Assembly: GCA_002269645.1 (NCBI GenBank)
Contig: NIVC01000016.1
Span: 124,001-188,000 of the forward strand
DNA length: 64,000 nucleotides
Origin: Macrostomum lignano
Taxonomy: Eukaryota
Reading direction: 5' to 3'
The position numbers were made by a program, and so were the translations under genes. The stretch's first letter is position 1. The number at the start of each line of letters is the position of its first letter. A model generated the notes under the pieces. It saw nothing but the letters and a program-made list of their open reading frames with translations, did not search any database and was not told the DNA's origin. Positions 35,821 through 52,881 of the stretch are shown piece after piece.

Positions 35821-38171
35821 TCTGTGAAAGATTAAGTCGAGTATATGATTTTGGTGATAAAATAAAATTGATTTATGAGTATTACTATATAAATAAAACA
35901 TTTAAAAGCCCTTACCTTTACCAATTCATGTACAGAAAGTAAGTGTAAATACAACCAATTGCCTTGGTAGTTTAGTTATATGCTCGTATCAGATGCAGGC
36001 AGACAGCATAGGCTGCCAAGGTGCTATAAGTTAAGGTTAACTTTCACTATTTGGCTTTACAGACTGCTTTTATCGCTGCATGCATTGACTTAGCCTTAGC
36101 TTGTGCCATCATACTCATACAGCTATATATACATATGTATCTCTGCCACTCCCCACTTTTGCAACCTTACACTGTACAATCATGCCTAAAACACTCCGTG
36201 TCAAGTGTACTGTTCTAGTGCCACATGGGGTACAAATACGATTAGGAATGACAAGAATCAAAACCATACATGCACAATAGTTGGCCGATATGGACGACTG
36301 ATTTGGCGGCCAACCAAGGTAAGTTGCAAAAATGCCCACCCAAATAAATACCAAAGTAGTATTAAGTAGCTGACGAAGCATTTTGCCTTAATAAAGACAG
36401 TCATAGTTACTCCTGCCGTTTACCCAAAGTTGCGTTAATTTTGCTTTTAGGTTTTTTTCATGTAAGTCGCATTTTTGGCCGAAAACTACGTCGCATTTTT
36501 GTTAAAACTAAGTCGCACGGCCGACCAAATTTTGGAGGTTGCGCATGTATGCTAGTTGCTAACCTTCCTTTATATTTCCTGGTATAATTCAAAACAGAAA
36601 CAAGATAGAAAGGAAATTCAAATGACAATTTTTTTCATTGAAAAAATTATTTTTAGTTTGACACAAAACATAAAAATTGGTCAAGGTACTGAGGAGCTAG
36701 AGCAAAGATTCTAAGAACTTTTGGGACACCTCTTGTATATTGATTAACTATGTATATCATGTCTATATCTTGAAACATTTAAAAAAACAATGTGTTAAAG
36801 AAACCAAAAGCAAAACAAAATAGCAAAGCCAAAAGTAGGCCTAGCAGTAATTGTTTAAATAGGCCTAGGCCCTAAGTCAATATGGTATTCCTTCAATTTA
36901 TGATTATTTTGTCACTTATATTTTGGTTCATAACCCTATATCATTTTCTATTTTAGTGATCACGGCTTGTTCAAAAGAAGCAATTTTTTAACTAGGCTTG
37001 TTCATTTTACTAGAAAACTAAATGAATTAGCCATTTCCCATGGCATGGCATTTACAAAGATCTTATATATATGCACTATGGTTTATGATCATTCAAACAG
37101 TAGAAATATATAAATGTTTATGAACCAAAGATCCTAAACCAACTAAGATAACTGTCATATAACAATTGTCAACATAGTTATACTTTGCTATATTCAGTTG
37201 TTTTAGAGTTCATAAGCAGCTATATAAAAATATAGAACTAGAAGTTTGACACAAATTGCTTTTTGTAGCTTTATTCTATTGATTATGGTTCAAAAGTCAC
37301 AAGTGCTTAAATTTCAAAAAACATGATAAATAGGACCTTACTGTGGAATAACCCAAATGATTATAAACCAAAAACAAAGTGGATATATAGGATTGTCTTC
37401 ATTGAACAGTTCTAGAATATGAAATGATATAGGCCTAATAAAAAACTTTTACTTTCAGTTCACCAAACTGAATTTATTGGATCCTTTTTATCAAATAGTT
37501 ATATCTATATAAACATCTCTATTTTATATTATTCTGGTTAGCATTGCCATTTGATTGTTTGATAACAAAAATAAAAAGGATTTAAATGATTTAAGATTAG
37601 GGGCCTATTAGTTTGAAATGATTAAAACTACTTCTTTGTTATCTTTCTTATGAGGATCTTTACCAATTTTAGGGACTATAAGTATAAAACCAAAGGAATG
37701 GCATCAATGCTATCTAGACTAGAACAATGAGAGCTAGTTCTTATAAATTTATTTGAACTTTGAAATTCTATCTATTATTTAACTTCATAAGATCATAAGA
37801 CTAAATAGGCCTATTATTATTATATAAATACTATATTGCCTTGGCATAATAAAGGCAACATGGTAGCATACACTATCTATATACCTGGATGGAATTCTTG
37901 CAGAAAAATCATAATGCGTTATGCGATTGCGCGAAAAAAAATCGATTTTGCATCAAAAAATCCAGAAAAAATGTGACACAAAATTTTAGACAAAATTGCT
38001 AATTCTTAATATATGCAAAAGTGTGCTTGAGATATTGGATTTTGCAAAAGATAATCCTACTAGCTAAGATCACGAAAAAAAAAAATAAAAACTAAAAACT
38101 AAATAAGGCACAAAAGTAAAATTTCAAAAAAATTCTCTAAAAAGTAGAAACTCATAACATTCTCTAACATA

Positions 38172-39490
38172 CGAGGGGTGATCAAAAAGTTCTGCAACCT
38201 CTTGTTATAGCTTTTAGGTATAGAATCGGCAAAATCCCAAAACTTATACATATGTGGCTATATCTGTTTGCTATATTTATATGCATTTTTGGCTTCCAAA
38301 TGTGCTCCAGTCAAATTTCACAGCCATATATTTTCCATGTGTTTTTGGTAGCTGATGGAAACATCAAAAGACAGTGTTCGCTTCTACATCTTTATGCGCA
38401 TGCAACTTGGCTGCTGAGCGACTGAGATTCATACCGATCTAGTGAATGTTTTAGCTGACTCTGCTCCATCATTTGACACAGTTGCCCGCTGGCTGCGCCA
38501 TTTCTCGGAAGGCCGGGACAGCTTCAACGATGAACCAAGGTCTGGCCGACTCCGGACATCCGTGACCGAAGATGTTGTGGCCCGTGCCGATGCAATAATT
38601 CGTGAGGATTGGAGCATTATGCTGAGATTCCTTGTCTATGAGCTTGGTGTCAGCCATGGGAGTGCTCATAACATTATGCATGAGCAACTAGGCCGCACAA
38701 AGACCTGCGCTTGGTGGGTACCCCATCTTCTCACTCCGGAGCAGCAAGCAGAGAGGGTGCGTATCTGTCGCTTTCGGCTGCAAATGTTTGAGCCCCACGG
38801 CCCACGACGACTGTCGGATGTCATCACAAGAGACGAATGTTGGATCTCCTTCTTTACCATGAAGGATAAGCAGTCCAACATGGTCTGGCTGGCAGAAGAT
38901 GAGCCAAGGCTTGAGGTGCTGAAGACCGGATTCCGCAGTCGGAAGCGGATGTTCACCATTTTTTTTCAACTCTCAGGGTGTTGTATCGGTGAACATCCTT
39001 CTAGCGGGTGCCACAGTGACTGCCAGGTACTACACAGACACTGCTCTGCCAGGCGTGCTGCAGGAGTGGCAGGGACGTGCGCGAACCAGGCATGGACCTC
39101 GACTCCTGCTGCACCATGACAATGCGGCACAGCACAGAGCGGCCTCAACCATGGCGTACCTGGAGCAGCAAGGGGTCCAGCTGCTGCCCCATCCACCTTA
39201 CTCTCTAGACCTAGTACCCTGTGACTTTTGGCTGTTCCCGAGGATCAAATCCGTCATTTTTGGGAGGCTGTTTTCACGCATACAATACCTTGCCCAAGCG
39301 GTACATTCAGCTCTACAGGGTATACCAACTTCGGAGTACCATGACTGCTTTCGGACATGGTGCACACGCATGCGACAGTGTATAGATGGTGGTGGAAAGT
39401 ACTTTGAGGGAATGTGACATTGACTAGACGCCTCGGCTGCTGTAACACTGACTTGTGAGGTCACTTGCAGAACTTTTTGATCACCCCTCG
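38172..39490 (+). mobile_element. Mariner (DD34D) transposon, 1319 bp
   Basis: Perfect 26-bp TIRs CGAGGGGTGATCAAAAAGTTCTGCAA; TA TSD on both sides. Confidence 0.97.
38355..39417 (+). pseudogene. Mariner transposase, inactivated
   Basis: Motifs WVPHLL, TRDECW, LHHDNA, PHPPYSLDLVPCDFWLF and GKYF. Premature TGA at 38415-38417 and a +1 frameshift in the T8 run at 38959-38966. Confidence 0.95.
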
Positions 39491-40870
39491 TACATATTTG
39501 GACGGAAAAATTGAAGTCACTATATTTTCTTAGAATTCATTTTTTGTTATTGTCTTACTGATTACTTTATTTATTATTCATTGACCATTAATGAAGCTTT
39601 TATAGGTTCAGGCAGTTGCTAACCCATTAAAAAACTTGTTTTTACCATTTTGTGACGTGCTAAGTACCAAAAAAAATGCAACCAATAAAAAATATTTTGC
39701 GCGCCATAAAAAATTGCATAATTCTGTTTGACTTAAGAAATACAAGAATTCCATCCTGGTCTATATATAATAGTAGTAGGCCTATGATTTATGAAAGTTT
39801 GAGTTATAACTTATATTATTAGGCCTAAAGGCCTAGTGCCAACACTCAATAGATTTTTAATTGACTTTATCAATTAATTAACTACACAGTATTAGCAATG
39901 TGATTTAATTGAGGACTAGGGCCTAGCCCCACAGTAAGTACTAGACCTAGACCTAGGCAAGGGCCTATATCATTAATGTAGGCCAAGGGCCTAGGCCTAT
40001 GCTCTATTATTATTGAAATTCTACCCTCGCCCTAATGTTGTTAGGCTAACAACATTAAGCTACATTAAGCTAATGTTGTTAATGCTGTTAAACATTAAGC
40101 TAAGGCCTAATGTTGAAGGAATTTTATTAATAAGCCCTCCACTAAAAAGATACATCATTCACAGAAGTGAACTGAATTAATGCATGACCACAAACTACGA
40201 GTGTAAGTATAGCCATGCAAAATTATGACATGGGAGTTGAGCCATAAAACAACAAGCAGACAATCAGCTGATACATCTGGCGCCACTTATACTATATGGG
40301 CCTAAGTTGTATTGTAGGGCCTAGTGTAACATATATAGTGTACACTGTAAGGCCAAAATGTGACAAGTAAATTTTTTAAAGAATTAAATAAGAAACAGAG
40401 TTATATAGAATAATATATATAGACAATATATACCGTGCTTATAAATCCAGACATAGAAATGAGAGCTTATGATTGTCTTTTCTCTGGTTGTCATGCTCAA
40501 GATGGAGCAAAACAAAGACGGATGTGTGCACAACTAAACACTCCGTAAACCGGTACTGCGTTACAAAAATTGAGGTGGTAAAACAAAAAAAACACTGTAT
40601 CACAAACTTTAAATAAAAAACTGCCAAAAGTAACATTTTTAATTTTAAAAACAAGGAGTTCTAAAATTTTAATTTGTTTGGCATTTAATAAGTGCTTTCT
40701 ATAATGAACTCTTTTTTGTCCTTTGGTTTAAATTTTGCTGAATATTAGGTCCAATTTAAGTACCATGACAACAAGAGCCAAGGCTCCTGGGATATAGGCT
40801 TGACGTTCGTTCTCAGAAGGTCGGATCAGATGATTTCTTTGGGTGGTAAAAACTACAATACAACATACAA

Positions 40871-40898
40871 TCTCCTCCTAATACTAAAACTGACGCGA

Positions 40899-40933
<35 letters not shown>

Positions 40934-43355
40934 ATGTAGCAAGTGAACTCCTACAATTCTGCCAAGTCAGCGTTGAAACTTATATGGGAAAACTGCAAAT
41001 TTTCCGGAGCAGGCTTTGGGCTATTTTAATTTTTAATTTTCCAATTTTAACATCCCCAAAAAAGCAGAAAACTGCTTTTTAAACCCCCAATAACCTTCTT
41101 TGGCCACTCTGCCTGGGGCTGCAGCCAGTTTGTAAAAATAGCCACCCCAACCTCCGCCCGCGGGCCGCTGTGTATTGAGGGGTGGTGGGTGCGCGTGTTC
41201 TGCGTTCAATGCAAATAAAACCCCCCGCGTGTTGGGGGGCTGAGTTAAATTTAATGCTTCCCCCAGAACGGGGGTTGGGCTTGGGCTGAGTGTACATAGC
41301 AGTTGTACAGTGTAAACAGATAGACTGTGTCGAGATTCATTTGGTTTTATTATTGGCGCCTTTTTTCTATAGGCAGCCCTGTGTATTAGTTTGGCAGTGA
41401 AATTCAATGAATTGCGAGCTTCTCTAGCAAGCAGTCGGGAAATCGGTAAATTTCAAACGCTACTAACTGTTCCTTGAGTTTTAAACTTTGAGAGGAGAGA
41501 CTTATATTGCTGGAAAGATCTTGCAACGCTGAGTTTAGGGATATAAGTTGTTTGCTTTAAATATGAAAAGAAAAAGCACCGCATTTAAAAAACTATTTCC
41601 ATACTTTTAACTTTCTGCAAAAATTGTACTCAGTTTTGCGTGACGTAATAGATAAAGTTGGGGGGAGGGTTCAGCTTCTCACTGCTGCTGTGTATTGGAG
41701 GGTTGATTTAGATTGCGCAATGTTTTTGTTAACTTTGACTGAGACTGATACTGACTGACTGTGAAATCGGTTGCGCAATGAATTGATTCAATTAGTTCAA
41801 TATTTTTATCAGTGCCTTTTAACACGAAGCTGTGCGTAGTTCGAACCCTAACCCTAACCCTAACCCTAACCAATGAATCCGGAGAGTTGAGTTGTTTGAC
41901 GGAAAAAATTCGATTGAGTCCAGTTTAGCGGAGACGATTTCAATGTTTTAATTTTGACGGAGGAGATAATTAATGATTGATTTCTGTTTTATGGAGACGA
42001 TTTTGATGGATTTAAGTTTCAAGGAGAGGATTTCGAAGGAGATCCAGTTTCACGGAGAGGATTTCGATGGTTTTCAGTTGCACGGACAGGATTTCTGCTT
42101 CGCGGAGAAAATCTTGATAGATTTGGCATCTTCAATCAGTCAGAGAAGAGAGTAAAGAGAAGAATGAAAAGAGAAGAGAGATGAGATGATAGAAAACAGA
42201 GTAGAAATGAGTGGAGAAATTAGACATGACAGATGGGAGAGAAGAGGGGAGTAAGGCGGGAACGAAGGAGAGAGAAGAGAAGAGGAGAGAGGAGATGAAG
42301 GGAGAGGATATGAGAGAGGAGATATGAGATAGCAGAGAGGAGACAGGAGAGAGAAGAAAGGAGGGATAAGAGCGTACAGAGGCAATAGAAGAGAGGAAAG
42401 AGAGGAGAGAGGTGAGAGGTGAGAGGAGAGAGATGAAAGATCAGAGATCAGAGATTTAAGAGAAGAAAGTAGTGAGGAGAAAGAAGAGGGTAAAGATGAG
42501 AGTGCAGAGAGGAGAGAAACGAGAGGAGACAGGTAGTAGAAAGGAGTGTAAAAAACAGGAGATAAGAAAGGAGAGGGTGAGTGTGAGAGCATATAGGAAA
42601 GTGTAAAAGGGAGCAGAGGAGAGAGAATAGATAAGTGAGTAGAGAAGAGATATGAGGGAGGAGAGATTAGAGATTAGAGAAGAGATGAGAGGAGATAAGA
42701 GGAGAGAAGAGAGAATGGAGAGGAGAGAAAAGAGAGGAGAGGAGACAGGTGATGCAGTAGAAAGGAGGGAAGAAAGATGGTAGATAAGAAAGGAGAGGGT
42801 GAGAGCGTATAAGAGATACGAGAAATGAGAGCAGAGAGAAGAGAGAAAAGGGAAGAGAGAAAGTAGAGCGAAGACGATAGATAAGTGAGTAGAGATGAGA
42901 TATGAGTGAGGAGAGAAAAAGGGAGAGATAAGAGAGAAGATAGGAGAGTAGACAGGAGAGGGTATAGACGAAAGACGAGGGAGAAGAGATAAATAAGGGA
43001 GTAGAGATGAGAAAAGAGAGAGAAGAGATAAGCGAGAAGAGTAGGAATAGAGGAGAGAGAGAGAGAAGCGAGAGAAGGGAGAGAGGAGGGAGAAGAGAGA
43101 TGAAATATCAGAGATGAGAGAGATGAAAGAGTGGAGAGGAGTAATTAGTGAGGAGAAAGAAGAGAGTAAAAATAAAAATCAGAGCGCAGGGCGCAAGAGA
43201 TGAGAGATGGGAGTTGATAGATTGTAGAGGATTTGGAGATGATTTGGAAGATGAGATTCAAGTCATGGAATTTCAGCTGATGGGAGTTCTTCCCCTTCAG
43301 AATTCCGGTGATGGGAGTTCTTCCCCTTTCTCCTCCAGAGGAGGAGTTCCACTCG
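40871..43355 (+). mobile_element. Non-autonomous Helitron-like unit Z (diverged relative of A and B)
   Basis: A|TC start followed by an AT-rich leader and (CTGT)n; shares GCCACCCCAACCTCCGCCCGC with A and B; AG-rich core; 3' hairpin CTCCTCC-AGA-GGAGGAG 9 nt before terminal CTCG. Confidence 0.7.
41844..41871. repeat. Short telomere-type repeat (AACCCT)4.5 inside Helitron-like unit Z
   Basis: AACCCTAACCCTAACCCTAACCCTAACC. Confidence 0.85.
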
Positions 43356-45934
<2,579 letters not shown>

Positions 45935-47474
45935 TCTCTAACTATAAAAATCAAAACTCTGTCTGTGTGTCTGTCTGTCTGTGTGTCTGTGGACAATTTT
46001 GATCGCTATGGACTCCCAAACCGCTCAACCAAATGACACCAAACTTTACACCCACCCTAAACTTACTACGGAGAATGTCTTAGGCTACCTTTTAATTTCC
46101 TAGACTCAAGTCTTCCTACCTAAAAGTACAAAAAACTGCTCAAAATGCGCGATTTTTTCACTAAATCCTCCATAGCGCCGCTCCACTTCTACCGATTCTC
46201 TTCAAATTTGACACAGGCAATTTTCAACTATTTTGACACAATCGTGTAAAATTTCAAATCTCAAAGTTAATCCTGAAAGCCGCTGTGCACTTTTAAAGTT
46301 AGGCTGTTTTTTTCAGCGAGGCAGCCACCCCAACCTCCGCCCGCCTGCCTCTCTTTTCCGATCTGGGCAAAGGGTGTGAATAGGTTTTAAAATGCCTAAC
46401 TTTTGGCTGCCATAGTTTTGCTCCACGTGAAGCGATTGACTTCAAATTTGACACAATTCTTTATTGACTCATTCTCTGCCTACATGTAAAGTCTCAACTC
46501 TGTATCTCAATCAGGACAGAAACTGTAAGCATGTGAAGTTTGTCTGCTTTTTCTGTTGTTTGCCGCTCATCCAACTCATTCCCCAGACGAAGGGTCAGGC
46601 GATAGGGCTCAATGTACATAGCGAATGTACAGTGTTTTGGAATAACTTTTTAATAGCCTTCTCTGTACCCCCGCGAGTGGAGAGGCGTGGAGAGGAGAGA
46701 GTTTAGTGAGAGATTCAATTTCAAACCACTGTCCTCTGAATAGACAAGTCTGCAGCAGTTAAACAGGGATGGCAAATCAAGGCGATGTGGGATGGTTTGT
46801 AAAAATATCGAAAAATTAATGAATAACTGATTACAATGCAATCCTACTAAATTAGTTACACCATGAAAATTTTAACATTAGGATTCGCATAAGGTACTTT
46901 AAAATTTAAATGGCCTCCTAAGAAATGCATATTTCCATGGTTGTTAGACTGCTGCAGACTGTTGTGTTGGAGCTGGAGATATACAAATTTCTCTCAGGGC
47001 TGCTAATTGACCAGAAAGATGACGTGATTAAAGCATGAGAAATGATAACAACCATGATAGTACTACGTCCCACAAACTGGCTTTCGAAGCAGGGATCGGC
47101 AGATTTTTATCTCAAAGGCCAGATAAAGAATCCAGCTCATGGCTATGGGCCAGATGAGAGTGGAAAGGAGAAGGAAAAGACTGTTGGAAAGAGAGGAGGG
47201 GCAAGAGAGAGGGGAATAAGAGAAATGATAGAAGATAACAAGAGATATGAGGGGTGAGGAGAGAGCAGAGAATATGCGAGGAAAAAGCGAGACGAGGGGA
47301 GAGAGGAAAGAGTAGAGGTGAGAAGAGGGAGAGAGAAGAGGGGAGAGATAAGACAGGATCGATGAGAGAGGAGAGTAGAGAAGAGTGAGATGAGAGTAGA
47401 GATGAGAGGATCGAGAGGAGAGATTAGAAAGGATCAAGGAGAGGAGATAAGAGGGGGAAGAGGGGGAGAGGAGT

Positions 47475-47546
<72 letters not shown>

Positions 47547-48800
47547 GAGAAAGAAGAGAGGAGAAAGGAGAGATGATAGAGTAAAGAGAAGAGAAGGAGA
47601 GAGGAAAGATATGAGATTGTAGAGATGAGAGATTAAGGAATACACAGCAGGGTGCAGAGAGACGAGAGAAGAGAATAGAGGGGAGAGAGTATAGAAGAGG
47701 GGAGAGAGGAGAGGAGTAAGGAAAGAGAAGTCAGAAGAGGGGAAAGAGAAGAGTACACAGGAGAGAGGGGAGTAGAGATGACAGAAGAGAGAGAGGGGAA
47801 TGAGAGAGCAAAGATGAGAATGAACAGACGATATATGAGAGGAGAGAAGTGGAGAGGGAAGAGAGAAGACAAAAGAGGGAGAGAGTATAGAAGAGAGAAG
47901 AGAAGAGACGAGAAGAGAGAAGAAAGGAGAGAGAGTCCTGAGTCAAAAAGGGGAAAGAGAAGAGTACAAGAGGAGAGAGGTGAGAGAACATATGAGAGTA
48001 AAGATGACAGATGAGAGAGGGGAGATGCGAGAGCAGAAACGAGAGTAAAAAGGCGAGAGATGGGAGAGTAGAGAGAAAAGAGGAGAGATAAGAAATAAGA
48101 TATGAGTGGAGACAAGGGAGAGATGAGAAGTGAGTGAGGAGAGAGGAGGGGAGGGGAGAGAATCGAGAGGACAGCGGAAATTGGTGAAAAGGATGAGAGA
48201 GGAGAGGAAAGAGGGGAGAGATTAGAGAGATGGAGGAGAGAGCAGAGATATGTGAGGAGAGAGAGCAGAGAGAAATGAAAAAAGACAGGAGAGAAGATAA
48301 AGGAAGAGAAAGGAGAGATAAGAGAGCAAAGACGAGAGAGAAGAGAGTTGAGGGAAGAGACGATAAGAGAGATGAGAGGAGAGAGAAAAGAATAGAGGGG
48401 AGAGGGAAGAGACGAGAGAAGAGGGGAGAGAGGAGAGAGGAGAGAAAAAGAAGAGATGAGAAAAGAAGAGACGAGACGAGAGACGAGAGAGAAGAGACGA
48501 GAGAGAAGATAGGAAACAGAAGAGAAAATAGAAGTTGCAAAGGATGCAAGGGACATTAGGGAGAGGCAGTGGCAGAGGCCAGAGTTTGCCTGACACTCTG
48601 TGTAGCATCCCAGCCAATATCAATATCAATGCTTGCTTCAAATGTCCTAATTTTACACAAATGTATATATTTTATGTTTAACTCTATCCAACTATTAACA
48701 AGTTTTTGTTTGAGTTTGACTCCGATTTTAGAATGCATGCAAAAATAATTCCGGGGAATAGAGTTCCCCAGGTTCAAAATCCGCGGGTTTCAACAGCTTG
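45935..48800 (+). mobile_element. Non-autonomous Helitron-like unit B (diverged paralog of A), head-to-tail with A
   Basis: Junction CTTG|TCTCTAACTATAAAAA; collinear with A along its length with many substitutions; same 3' end CCGCGGGTTTCAACAGCTTG|T. Confidence 0.82.
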
Positions 48801-48815
48801 TATACTATAATACAA

Positions 48816-51381
<2,566 letters not shown>

Positions 51382-52507
51382 TGATTATATGCAGATCTCA
51401 AATTTTATGATTCATACCATGACACTTGACGTACACTGTAAATGTACATACAGTATTCATGGACACTGATAAGCAAATTCTTAATTGAAAAAAATACAAA
51501 ATTGATGACAGCGACAGGCAATTTGCAATGGCAACTATTTACATGCCCTTTGAACAATAGTCAGCCCACCCAGTCCCAGATCGGACACATTCCAATGCAA
51601 AAACGTAGATTTCATTTCTACATGTATCAGATACGAGAATAATACAATTATGTGACCCTTTTGTTTGGAGTGCAATAAATGCGAGTTAATCTAGTATTTT
51701 TTAAATAACAAATAATATTGGTTAGTTATTGAGCCAGAATCTCGAGTTTATTGACGCATGAGGAAAAATCAATTCCGCGCACAACAGATTTACCGCGGCA
51801 AAACGGCCTAAAAGAACAGCATTAATTGAAGTACAATAAAGTCAATTAAAAATTTACGCTGCATTTGACCTGTAGCATTATTGCACTGGCGACCTAAGGC
51901 CTAGTTGCATGATCGAATCAATATGCTGGTCCATACAGAGCATATCCGCAATCACCGAATCTCCAGGGCCTGCGGGGCTGGAGCCCTGGATTTACTGCTG
52001 ACGCCAGGCCGCGCCCTGCCCAACAGGTTTAGTAGCAGAGGAAATTTGATTCAAAGCGGAGTTATAGAGATGCCAAAGCCCAATCTAATCAATCGCAAAG
52101 TCTGCTTGTCTTTCGGCAATACTGAAATAAGAGCCAAGCAGTTTCTTCTGATTGCTTTCGAAGAAATATCCCATTACCGCGAATCGATCCTCTGTTTTTA
52201 TCAAATACGAACGTTTTTTCAGGTTTGGATTATGTATAATTTATGCCTGACTTTCATAAGTATGTCACCACAAACTACGCCTCTGGCTAGATGAGTCTCT
52301 GGTCCAAACCTCAAAAATGCTTGCAGATCCCCGCCCGGGGGAGCATTTGGTCCGACAGAACAGCTGACGGCTTCAGTGCAAGTCTCTCTAGCTGGTTCAT
52401 ACGCCATCAAACGTCCGCAACAGACAGAAACAACACAAAAAATGACATTCCAGAGGCAGTGAACAGTCTGTGATTTGAAATCTAACTAACAAAAGAGCAC
52501 CTCAATT

Positions 52508-52792
52508 ATGGAAAATTTCGCTGAAAGCAACGCGGCGTCTACAACACCGTCGGCGACTCCCCGCTCGGCTTCACGCCCAGCGGAGACGGCGACAGCATCG
52601 GCTGTGGCAAACTCAGCGTCGAACTCCGGACTGAAGTTTGGCCAGGCTCTGATCCTGCCAGACGGCCAGCTGGTCCTGGTGAGCACGAGCAGCCAAAGCC
52701 TCCAGCATCAGCAGCCGGCTCGAACCGTCCTCAGCCACAGGTTTGTCAGCCAACAGACAATTTTAAGCTCCGCTGTGCAGCAGCAGCAACAG

Positions 52793-52824
<32 letters not shown>

Positions 52825-52850
52825 GCAGCAGCAAATCCGGCAGCAGATTA

Positions 52851-52881
<31 letters not shown>

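Larger units (their letters stand above)
29353..36551 (-). mobile_element. Full-length hAT DNA transposon, 7199 bp
   Basis: Perfect 14-bp TIRs CATACATGCGCAAC (29353-29366) and GTTGCGCATGTATG (36538-36551); perfect 8-bp TSD CTAGTTGC (29345-29352 and 36552-36559); internal hAT transposase gene. Confidence 0.97.
28945..36737. mobile_element. Older Tc1/mariner-like MITE (~590 bp when reassembled), split by the hAT insertion
   Basis: 28952-29085 (GGTGTCCCAAAAGTT...CAGTACCTTGACCAA...TTGTCATTTGAATTTCCTTTCTATCTTGTTT) is the diverged reverse complement of ~36595-36730. Outer ends are approximate. Confidence 0.8.
37884..39759. mobile_element. hAT-type MITE (~555 bp without its insert) hosting a mariner
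   Basis: 17-bp TIRs CCTGGATGGAATTCTTG and CAAGAATTCCATCCTGG (1 mismatch); perfect 8-bp TSD TCTATATA (37876-37883 and 39760-39767). Confidence 0.9.

Noticed and set aside
41844-41871. Chromosome end or telomere fusion site
   Set aside because: Only 4.5 units, a single orientation, and internal to a repeat element.
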